Source: Mailhella massiliensis (lineage in GTDB: Bacteria; Desulfobacterota; Desulfovibrionia; Desulfovibrionales; Desulfovibrionaceae). From it: 42,212 nt of DNA. Below the pieces are notes generated by a model. The model saw nothing but the letters and a program-made list of their open reading frames with translations. It ran no database searches and was not told the DNA's origin. Made by a program: the position numbers and the translations under genes. The stretch's first letter is position 1, and each line of letters starts with the position of its first letter. Where the stretch lies: positions 1 through 42,212 of the forward strand of contig NZ_DYZA01000200.1 of NCBI RefSeq assembly GCF_020741395.1, in the 5' to 3' direction. Below, one piece after another: positions 27,582 to 35,559 of this stretch.

Positions 27582-27610
27582 TTTATATTGAAAATGAATT
27601 TCAATGTCAA
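27582..27610 (-). promoter_or_regulatory. sigma70 promoter with overlapping Fur box for the AAA/VWA operon
   Basis: Minus strand TTGACA-N17-TATAAA; palindrome ATTGAAA-ATGAA-TTTCAAT at 27587-27605. Confidence 0.85.
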
Positions 27611-28042
27611 TATCAATGCGGGTCAATTCTCAACTCTTCCCACGAAGGCCGCGCCGTACGGCATTTTTCCGCAACATATACGCAGGGGCGGCACTTCAGC
27701 CTTCCGCTTTCCCGGCTACTGCCCCTCCCGCGACCCGGGAGAGGCACGCCGCACGGGGACTTGCCGTGAAGGCTCCTCGTTGCCCCTGCCCCATCCCGGC
27801 AGGGCACATGCGTCCCTTCTCCGTCCGCTTTTCTCCGTTCATAACGGGCAAGCCGCAGAACATTACGCCGATACGTCTTCCCCTTTGCATGGGAATGTCC
27901 AATATAATCAAATGAACGCACAATGTTTTCGACTTTACAACACAACCGTCCTTTGTGATAAAAAGTATTTTTACGGCTTCTTCCCTGCAAAGGCCTCCGG
28001 GAAGCCGCAAAAACGCACCATGGAACTATGCTGGAGAATGCC

Positions 28043-29980
28043 ATGACAAGAAAATATCCGCACCTTTCCGCCCCCATCCGCCTCGGCCGCGTCACCTTCC
28101 GCAACCGCATGTTCGCCGCGCCCACCGGCGCCACGGATATCACCTGGGACTGCTGTGCAGGCCCGGGCAGCCGCGCCTTCTATGAAAACAGGGCGAAGGG
28201 CGGCAGCGCCAACGTCACCGTAAGCGAGCTTGTGGTGCACCCGGAGACCGACGCCTCCCACATGCTGCACCTGGAACTTCAGACGCCCGGTTCCCTGGCG
28301 AGCTTCACCATGACAGCCGACGCCATACGCCGCCACGGGGCTATTCCCAGCGTGGAGCTTTCCCATTCCGGCCAGTATGCGGGCACCTATCTGGTGGACA
28401 AGGAAAAGAAGAACGCCCTCTCCCAGTACGGCCCCTGCGACGGCGTGCGCCCCGACGGCAGGCCCGTGAAGGCCCTCACCAGAGAACAGATAGCCGCAAT
28501 CGTGGCTTCCTACGGCGAAAAGGCCGCCCTTGCCAAACGCGCGGGCTTTGAAATGGTCATGATCCACGCCGGGCACGGCTGGCTCATCAATCAGTTTCTC
28601 TCGCCCTATTTCAACAAGCGTACCGACGCGTACGGCGGCGACCTTGCTGGACGCGCCCGCCTGCTTCTGGAAGTCGTCGACGCCGTGCGCGAGGCCGTAG
28701 GGCCGGGCTTCCCCATCGAAGTGCGCATGAGCGGCTCAGAGCTTTTCGAGGGAGGCTACACGCTGGAAGAAGGCGTGGAAATAGCGAAGCTCCTCGACGG
28801 CAGGGTCGACCTCATCCATGTTTCGGCCGGTTCCTACCAGTTCGGCTTTTTCGACACGCACCCGCCCATGTTCTCCGAGCACGGCTGCAACGTGTACCTT
28901 GCCGCCGAGATAAAGAAGCACGTTTCTACGCCCGTGGCCACGGTAGGCGCGCTGAACGACCCTGCGCAGATGGAAGAAATCATTGCCTCCGGCAAGGCGG
29001 ACGTGGTGGAAATGGCCCGCGCCCTCATCGCCGACCCGGAACTGCCCGGGAAAGTCATGGAAGGCCGCGATGATGAAATCGTGCGCTGCCTGCGCTGCTT
29101 CGTGTGCATGGCCGAGCGCCCCACCACAGGCACGCGCCGCTGCACGGTGAACCCGCAGATAGGCCGCGAGCAGGACCTGCCGCCCCTGCCCGCCCGCCGC
29201 GCGAAAAAAGTCCTCGTGGCCGGAGGCGGCTGCGGCGGCATGAAGGCCGCCGTTACGGCGGCACAGCGCGGGCACCATGTCATCCTCTGTGAAAAAGACG
29301 GGGAACTCGGCGGCATACTCAGAAGCGAGCAGGCCATTCCCTTCAAGCGGGAAATGTACATGCTCGGCCTCACCCTGGCCCGGCAGCTGGAAATCGAGGG
29401 TGTGGAGGTGCGCCTGAACACCCTTGTCACGGCCGACTATGTGGAGAAGGAAGGCGCGGACGCGCTCATCATCGCCACCGGTTCCGAGCCCATCGTGCCG
29501 CCCCTTCCGGGCATGGACGGCAAAAACGTCATCATCGTGAACGACTACTATCTCCGCAAGGAAGAATGTGCGGATACCGTGGTGGTTCTCGGCGGCGGCC
29601 TTGCCGGATGCGAATGTGCCATTCACCTTGCCGAAGAAGGCAAAAAAGTCACGCTCGTGGAAATGCGGCCTGAAGTTGCGCCCGACGCCAACATCCGCCA
29701 CCGGCCCATACTCCTGCGCAAGCTGAAGGAGCTTGTCACGGTGCACACCTCCTGCACGGGCCTTGCCGTCACGGCCGAGGGGCTTCTCGTGCGCGACGCG
29801 GAAGGAAAGGAAGAGCTTCTTCCCGCAGGCACGGTAATCTGCGCCGCGGGCCAGCGCTCCCGCGCCTGCGACACACTCCTCGATGCCGCGCCCTTTGTGC
29901 GCGTCATAGGCGACGCGGTGCGCCCCTCCACCATCACCACCGCCGTGTACCAGGGCTACCACGCCGGGCTCGACGTGTAA
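28043..29980 (+). CDS. NADH:flavin oxidoreductase (OYE TIM barrel + Fe-S + FAD/NAD domain; FadH/BaiCD-like)
   Basis: HAGHGWLINQFLSP, NKRTDAYGG, RALIADP, CLRCFVC-x11-C, VAGGGCGG, VLGGGLAGCE; GGAG RBS before ATG 28043. Confidence 0.92.
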   Translation: MTRKYPHLSAPIRLGRVTFRNRMFAAPTGATDITWDCCAGPGSRAFYENRAKGGSANVTVSELVVHPETDASHMLHLELQTPGSLASFTMTADAIRRHGAIPSVELSHSGQYAGTYLVDKEKKNALSQYGPCDGVRPDGRPVKALTREQIAAIVASYGEKAALAKRAGFEMVMIHAGHGWLINQFLSPYFNKRTDAYGGDLAGRARLLLEVVDAVREAVGPGFPIEVRMSGSELFEGGYTLEEGVEIAKLLDGRVDLIHVSAGSYQFGFFDTHPPMFSEHGCNVYLAAEIKKHVSTPVATVGALNDPAQMEEIIASGKADVVEMARALIADPELPGKVMEGRDDEIVRCLRCFVCMAERPTTGTRRCTVNPQIGREQDLPPLPARRAKKVLVAGGGCGGMKAAVTAAQRGHHVILCEKDGELGGILRSEQAIPFKREMYMLGLTLARQLEIEGVEVRLNTLVTADYVEKEGADALIIATGSEPIVPPLPGMDGKNVIIVNDYYLRKEECADTVVVLGGGLAGCECAIHLAEEGKKVTLVEMRPEVAPDANIRHRPILLRKLKELVTVHTSCTGLAVTAEGLLVRDAEGKEELLPAGTVICAAGQRSRACDTLLDAAPFVRVIGDAVRPSTITTAVYQGYHAGLDV

Positions 29981-30024
29981 GCCCGAACCCCGCGCTTTTC
30001 GCCGAAAATGCGCCGACATAACGC

Positions 30025-30062
30025 AAAGGGCCGCCCCACGCCTTCCGGGGCGGCCCTTTTTT
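30025..30062 (+). terminator. Intrinsic terminator after the oxidoreductase
   Basis: AAAGGGCCGCCCC-loop-GGGGCGGCCC-TTTTTT. Confidence 0.8.
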
Positions 30063-30065
30063 GCG

Positions 30066-30108
30066 CAGAAAAGCCCGGCTCCTTCATGAGAAGGAACCGG
30101 GCTTTCTG
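30066..30108 (-). terminator. Second hairpin, probable terminator of the bio operon
   Basis: AAAAGCCCGGCTCCTTC-ATGA-GAAGGAACCGGGCTTT; T-run follows on the minus strand. Confidence 0.65.
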
Positions 30109-30125
30109 AAAAAATATCCTTCGCC

Positions 30126-31451
30126 CTACCCGGCCGGGCAGGAGACGGGCCGGGACCCCATAAAGCGTCCTGCCAGCATGGCCGCCGCGGAAAGCGCCAT
30201 GCCCGCATAGGCGAAGAAAGGCTCGCCGAACACGGCCGAGGAAAGGCCCCCCGCGCCGCCCGCCGCCATGGCCGCCAGGGCAAAGGACGGCCGCACCGTA
30301 CCGCGCTTCATGAGCATGGCCACGAAAACAGGCACGGCCACGCCGCAGACATAGATATCGTTGGCCATGAGCAGAAGATCGAGGATGCCGTGCCCGCGTG
30401 CGGCAAGGGCAAGGCCGCCCGCGCCGAGAAGAAGCGTGACTTTCCGGCAGAGCGCAACGTCGCGCCGTCCGAGGATATCGTTGCAAAGCACGGTGGAAGC
30501 CGTGACGACGCACGAATCGGCCGAGGAAAGCACGGCGGAGAGAAGCGCCGCCAGAAGCAGCATTCCCGCCCAGGAAGGCATGAGGGCCATGGCGGAGGAG
30601 AGCACGTCGTCGGGCGACATTCCTTCCGGCACAAAGCCCCGGCACAGAACGCCGAGAACCACAATGGCCGCGGCGGAAAACAAAAGCCCCGCCACGGCGA
30701 ACCAGCAGCCGCGAAGGGCGCTTTTTTCGTTGCGCGCGCTCAGGATGCGGCCGAAGAGCATGGGGCAGACAAGATAACTGCCGCCCATGACGAGCATGAA
30801 GTAGGAAAACCTGCCCGGCCCGAACTGTTCGTTGACGATTTCCAGGCGCAGATTTCCCAGCGGAGCGGAATCGTGCAGGAAAAGCCAGAGAAGCGCCGTC
30901 AGTACGCCCGCAATGAGCAATAGGCACTGGGGAAGGTCGCTGCGTATGACGGACGCCTGCCCGCCGAGGCAGGAATAGGCCGTAATGACCGCCGCACCCG
31001 CGAAAAGCGCCCATTCCGGCGGCAGGGAGGCGAGCGCATGGGTCAGCTTGCCCATGGCCGTGAACTGCGCCGCGAGTATGGCCAGCCACGCGGGCAGAAT
31101 AATGAAGGAAACCAGGGTGCGGGCGCGCGGCCCGAGCCAGGCGGACACGATTTCCGGCATAGTGTAAGCCCCGGAGGCGCGTACCTTTTTCGCCAGAAAG
31201 AGCGTGAGCAGCGCAAGCCCGCACGCGCCGGAACCGAGCCACCAGAAGGAGGGGGTCCCGACCTGCCACGCCAGCCCGGCCATGCCCATGGTGGCGGAGC
31301 CGCCGATGCAGGAGGCTATGAGGGAAAAGCCCGTATGCCACGCGCCCGAGGAGCGGCCGTTCACGAAAAAGGCCGCCTCCCCGCGCGAGCGGCGGGCATC
31401 CCGAAGGCCGAGACCGAGCAGAAGGGCCGCGTAAAGGCAGAAGATCAGCAC
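30126..31451 (-). CDS. Sodium:solute symporter (SSS family), candidate biotin/biotin-precursor importer
   Basis: FFVNGRS, SLIASCIGGSATMG, YTMPEI, GGQASVIRSD, SAVLSSADS; GTG start after GGAGGAG, overlapping the bioDA stop. Confidence 0.85.
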   Translation of the reverse strand: MLIFCLYAALLLGLGLRDARRSRGEAAFFVNGRSSGAWHTGFSLIASCIGGSATMGMAGLAWQVGTPSFWWLGSGACGLALLTLFLAKKVRASGAYTMPEIVSAWLGPRARTLVSFIILPAWLAILAAQFTAMGKLTHALASLPPEWALFAGAAVITAYSCLGGQASVIRSDLPQCLLLIAGVLTALLWLFLHDSAPLGNLRLEIVNEQFGPGRFSYFMLVMGGSYLVCPMLFGRILSARNEKSALRGCWFAVAGLLFSAAAIVVLGVLCRGFVPEGMSPDDVLSSAMALMPSWAGMLLLAALLSAVLSSADSCVVTASTVLCNDILGRRDVALCRKVTLLLGAGGLALAARGHGILDLLLMANDIYVCGVAVPVFVAMLMKRGTVRPSFALAAMAAGGAGGLSSAVFGEPFFAYAGMALSAAAMLAGRFMGSRPVSCPAG

Positions 31452-33526
31452 GAAATTTTCTCCTCCGTCCGGGGGGAACCGCCGTGCAGGCCGGCGGAAA
31501 CGGCCGCCTCGCACATGGCGCGCGTGAGCGTGTCCACCTCCTCTTCCGAGGCGATGAAGGGCGGCATGACATACACGGTGCGCCCGAAGGGACGTATCCA
31601 CACCCCCCTTGCGGTGAAAAAATCCTGCCAGGCGGCCACATCCACAGGCTCGCAACGCTCCATGACACCTATGGCCCCGAGCACGCGCACGTCGGAAACT
31701 CCCGGCACGGCGCGGCACTCCTCAAGCCCCTGCGAAAGCCGTTTTTCCAGCGCCGCAACGCGCTCCTGCCACGGCGAGGAGCAAAGCGCGTCGAGGCTTG
31801 CGCAGGCCGCGGCGCAGGCAAGGGGATTGCCCATGAAGGTGGGCCCGTGCATGAACACGCCGCCCCCGTGGGCCGCATCGGCCCCGGATATGACTTCCGC
31901 CACACGGGACGTCGCGGCCACGGCCGAGAGCGTCATCATGCCGCCGGTGAGCGCCTTGCCCACGCACATGATATCCGGCGAGATGCCCGCCCATTCGCAG
32001 GCGAACATCTTGCCCGTGCGGCCGAAGCCCGTGGCTATCTCGTCCGCAATGAGCAGTATGCCGAGCTCGTCGCACAGCGCGCGCAGATCGCGCAGATACT
32101 CGGGGCGGTAGAACCACATGCCCCCCGCGCCCTGCACCACAGGCTCCACCGCCACGGCCGCAAGTTCCCCCGCGTGGGTGCGAAGGGCGCGCTCCATGGG
32201 GGCAAAAGAGCAGGGATCGTAGGGCGCATCGAAGCGGCAGGAAGGCCGCTCCACGAAAAGCTGCTTCGGCAGCACTCCGGAAAACAGCGTGTGCATGCCC
32301 GTGACCGGGTCGCAGAGCGACATGGCCCCCAGCGTATCGCCGTGATAGGCCCCGCGCAGGGCCGCGAAACGGCGCCTTTCCCCCCGCCCTGCGGATTGAT
32401 GGTACTGCAAGGCCATTTTGACGGCCACTTCCACGGCCACGGAACCGGAGTCGGCCAGAAAAATATGTTCCATGCCCGGAGGAAGAAGGCGGAGCAGCCG
32501 GCGGCCGAGTTCCACCGCAGGCTCATGGGTCAGACCCCCGAACATGACGTGGGAAAGCCTTGCCGCCTGACGCTGGATTGCGCGCACAAGGCGCCTGTTG
32601 CCGTAGCCGTGCACCCTGCACCACCAGGAGGACATGCCGTCGATAAGTTCACGGCCGTCGGCAAGAAACAGCTTCGCGCCGGAAGCGCCCTTCACGTCGA
32701 GCACGGAAAGAGGCCTTGAGGCAGAGGTGTAGGGATGCCAGAGATGCTCCCTGTCGAAGGCAAGGAGCGCCTTGCGCGCCGCCGTATCATCCTCCTCTTC
32801 CGCCATGAGGTGCGCCGCGCCTTCCAGCGCCCCGGCAAGGGCGTCCACAGTCCGGGCATCGGCATGGGAAAAGGATTCCAGGTAAGGTATGTCGGCCAGA
32901 AGGGGTACGCCGCGCGCTCTCCCCTCCCTTTCCAGGCTCGCGGCGTTGTCGGCAAGAATGGCGGCCTCGGCCTCCGCCGACGTGCCCGCGTCCGCGCGCG
33001 AAGGCGGCGTACTGCGGCAGAGCACCATGCCCGCCGCCGAAAGCCCGGCCATGTCCAGCGCGTCCAGGGAAAGCAGGGCATGGTTCAGGCAGCCTAAGCG
33101 GTTCGCCACCACCAGTATGACGGGAAGGCGCAGTTCCCGCATGAGGTCGAGCATGCTCTCTTCCTCATTCAGGGGGACGTACAGCCCGCCCGCTCCTTCA
33201 AAAAGCGTCACGCGGCCGGGCAGAAGGCGCTCCCGGCAGGCGGCGGCCACGGCAGCAACGTCGAGCCTCTTTCCCTCAAGCTGCGCGGCAAGGTGCGGGG
33301 AGCAGGGCATGCGGAAAGAAAAAAGGGCTTCGCCCTGCCCTCCGGTGGCGCGCCACGCGGCCACGTCCGGAGCTTCCAAAGAACCTTCCTTCTCCGTGCA
33401 GCCCGTCTGCACCGGCTTCACGGCAAAGGCCTCCACCCCCATGCGCGAAAGGGCGGCAAGGATCCCCGCCGTCACCGCCGTCTTGCCCGCGTCGGTATCC
33501 GTGCCCGTGATGAAGAAGCCGCGCAT
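31445..33526 (-). CDS. bioDA: Fused dethiobiotin synthase / DAPA aminotransferase (BioD-BioA)
   Basis: N-term GTDTDAGKT, KPVQTG, EGAGG, LGCLNH; C-term DGMSSWW, YHGDT, DEIATGFGRTG, GKALTGG (PLP Lys), HGPTFMGNP; one continuous ORF. Confidence 0.93.
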   Translation of the reverse strand: MRGFFITGTDTDAGKTAVTAGILAALSRMGVEAFAVKPVQTGCTEKEGSLEAPDVAAWRATGGQGEALFSFRMPCSPHLAAQLEGKRLDVAAVAAACRERLLPGRVTLFEGAGGLYVPLNEEESMLDLMRELRLPVILVVANRLGCLNHALLSLDALDMAGLSAAGMVLCRSTPPSRADAGTSAEAEAAILADNAASLEREGRARGVPLLADIPYLESFSHADARTVDALAGALEGAAHLMAEEEDDTAARKALLAFDREHLWHPYTSASRPLSVLDVKGASGAKLFLADGRELIDGMSSWWCRVHGYGNRRLVRAIQRQAARLSHVMFGGLTHEPAVELGRRLLRLLPPGMEHIFLADSGSVAVEVAVKMALQYHQSAGRGERRRFAALRGAYHGDTLGAMSLCDPVTGMHTLFSGVLPKQLFVERPSCRFDAPYDPCSFAPMERALRTHAGELAAVAVEPVVQGAGGMWFYRPEYLRDLRALCDELGILLIADEIATGFGRTGKMFACEWAGISPDIMCVGKALTGGMMTLSAVAATSRVAEVISGADAAHGGGVFMHGPTFMGNPLACAAACASLDALCSSPWQERVAALEKRLSQGLEECRAVPGVSDVRVLGAIGVMERCEPVDVAAWQDFFTARGVWIRPFGRTVYVMPPFIASEEEVDTLTRAMCEAAVSAGLHGGSPRTEEKISC

Positions 33527-34500
33527 CAGGCCACCCCCAGGGTGCGCATCATGGCAAGGTCGGCCTCAAAGGCCGCACCGGAAGTGGTGAGGTAGTCGCC
33601 CGTCATCATGCCGTTGGCCCCGGCGGCGTAAAGCCAGCTCTGCCATTCGCCGAGCACATGGCCGCGCCCGCCCGCGATGAGAATATCCCGAGAAGGATGC
33701 AGGACGCGGAAAAGCGCAATACTCCGCAGGGCCTCCTGGGGCGAGAGGCGGGGCATGTGTTCTAGGCGCGTGCCCTTTATGGCGTTGAGAAAATTGATGG
33801 GCACGGAATCCACCCCCATCTCGGCCAGCGTCCAGGCCAGTTCCACACGCTGCACCGGGCTTTCCCCGAGGCCCATGATGCCGCCGGAGCACACCTCCAT
33901 CCCGGCTTCGCGGGCCGCGACAAGGCTCTGCACGTCCTTATCGTACTCATGTGTGGTGCAGATATGCGGGAAAAAGCTCTTCGCCGTTTCCAGATTATGA
34001 TGGTAGCGCACCATGCCCGCCTCGCGGTAGACGCGGGCCCTCTCCGGCGTGAGCAGGCCGAGGGAACCGCACACCGCCATACCCGTTTCCCTGACGATGC
34101 TCTCCACCGCGCGGCACAGAGGTTCCACATCCGCCTCGCCCAGCATGGTGCCGCTGACCACGATGCTGAAGCGCTTCGCACCGTGCTTCGCCGCCTCAGC
34201 CGCTTTTCGCAGAAGAATCTCCCGCCCCACAAAGGGATAGACAGGGGAGCCTGTTTCGTGGTGTGCTGACTGGGCGCAGAAAGCGCAGTTCTCCGGGCAT
34301 CGGCCGGACTTGGCGTTGATGATGCCGCAGTTGAAGAAGCCGGGCGCGCGCAGGGCACGCACAGCCCCGGCCACAGCGATCATGTCCGGCGTGGCGGAAG
34401 GGGGAAGGGCAATGAAGGCCTCGGCCTCTTCCCGGGAAAGAAGAGGCCCTTCCCCGGCTTCGGGAAGGCGGCGGAGTATGTTTTCAAGCAGACTGTCCAT
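33526..34500 (-). CDS. bioB: Biotin synthase
   Basis: Radical SAM CPENCAFCAQS, YHHNLET, CSGGIMGLGE, VPINFL, GDYLTT. Confidence 0.96.
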   Translation of the reverse strand: MDSLLENILRRLPEAGEGPLLSREEAEAFIALPPSATPDMIAVAGAVRALRAPGFFNCGIINAKSGRCPENCAFCAQSAHHETGSPVYPFVGREILLRKAAEAAKHGAKRFSIVVSGTMLGEADVEPLCRAVESIVRETGMAVCGSLGLLTPERARVYREAGMVRYHHNLETAKSFFPHICTTHEYDKDVQSLVAAREAGMEVCSGGIMGLGESPVQRVELAWTLAEMGVDSVPINFLNAIKGTRLEHMPRLSPQEALRSIALFRVLHPSRDILIAGGRGHVLGEWQSWLYAAGANGMMTGDYLTTSGAAFEADLAMMRTLGVA

Positions 34501-34558
34501 GTGTGTTCCTTCTTCAATGAAAACGTGTGCGGTCAGCTTGCACCGGGAAATGAGAATA

Positions 34559-34592
34559 TGTCAACCTTAAAAGTGAAACTTTACGGTTGACA
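34559..34592. promoter_or_regulatory. BirA operator between divergent bioB and birA
   Basis: TGTCAACC-N18-GGTTGACA inverted repeat, resembling the TGTAAACC-Nx-GGTTTACA BirA consensus. Confidence 0.85.
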
Positions 34593-34615
34593 ATCAATCG
34601 TAAAAAGGAACAGGC

Positions 34616-35434
34616 ATGCAAGAGGAACAGACCCCCACACGGGAACGTATTCTGGAAAGCCTTGGCCGCGGGGGAGGGAAAGGATGGGTCTCGGGGGAGG
34701 CACTTTCCCGGGAATTTCACATCAGCCGTGCGGCTGTGAGCAAGCATGTGTGCAGCCTACGCGAGGAAGGGAACATCATCGAATCCGTGCCGCGCCGGGG
34801 CTACCGGCTGCTTTCCCGGGCAGACCCCTGGGCCGGGGACGACGCGCGCGGCCCGCTGCACACGAACATGCTGGGGCAAAGCAGCTGGATATGGCTTAAA
34901 GAAACTGGTTCCACCAATCAGGTGGCGGCGCTTCAGGCCCTTTCCGGCGCGCCCGAAGGCGTGGTGGTGGTGGCCCGCCGCCAGAGCGAGGGCCGGGGCA
35001 GCCGGGGGAGCCGCTGGCTGTGCCTGCCGGGGAGCCTCTCCTTTTCCGTGATCACACGCCCCGCCCTTGCGCCGGAAGAGCTCGCCCTGCTGCCCGCGCT
35101 CGCCATGGAGGCCTGCGTCCGCGCGGTAGAAAAAAGCTGCGGCGTCCGCCTGGAGAAACGCGCGCCCAACGACCTTTTCCTCAACGGGGGCAAGGTGGCG
35201 GGCATCCTTGTGGAGAGCATGTTCCACAATACGGAACTCCGATGGGCCGTGGTGGGCATAGGCGTCAACGTGAACGCGCCGCACTCCGCCATACCGCCTG
35301 AGCTTCAGGGCACGGCCACCTCGCTCTATGCGGAAACGGGCGAGGCCTTCAGCGTTACGAAGCTTCTTCGCCACATTCTTGAAGAACTGGAAGAGGAGCT
35401 GGAAAGGGGCGAAAAAATTCCGCGCAGGGACTGA
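34616..35434 (+). CDS. birA: Group II BirA (wHTH + biotin protein ligase core), lacking the C-terminal domain
   Basis: VSGEALS..ISRAAVSKH..GYRL HTH; GSTN, QSEGRGSRG, PND, KVAGIL, GIGVNV. Confidence 0.88.
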   Translation: MQEEQTPTRERILESLGRGGGKGWVSGEALSREFHISRAAVSKHVCSLREEGNIIESVPRRGYRLLSRADPWAGDDARGPLHTNMLGQSSWIWLKETGSTNQVAALQALSGAPEGVVVVARRQSEGRGSRGSRWLCLPGSLSFSVITRPALAPEELALLPALAMEACVRAVEKSCGVRLEKRAPNDLFLNGGKVAGILVESMFHNTELRWAVVGIGVNVNAPHSAIPPELQGTATSLYAETGEAFSVTKLLRHILEELEEELERGEKIPRRD

Positions 35435-35504
35435 CCGCCGGGACACTCCTGTGCCTGGCGCGGCCCCGCGCCGGAAAAGCCCGACCGGAAGCGCCCCGGA
35501 CATG

Positions 35505-35530
35505 AAAAAAGGCCCCTTGCAGGGCCTTTT
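35505..35530. terminator. Bidirectional terminator between birA and the ferredoxin gene
   Basis: AAAAAA-GGCCC-CTTGCA-GGGCC-TTTT. Confidence 0.7.
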
Positions 35531-35559
35531 CCTGTTCAGGCGCAAAAGGCTCCCCGCGC

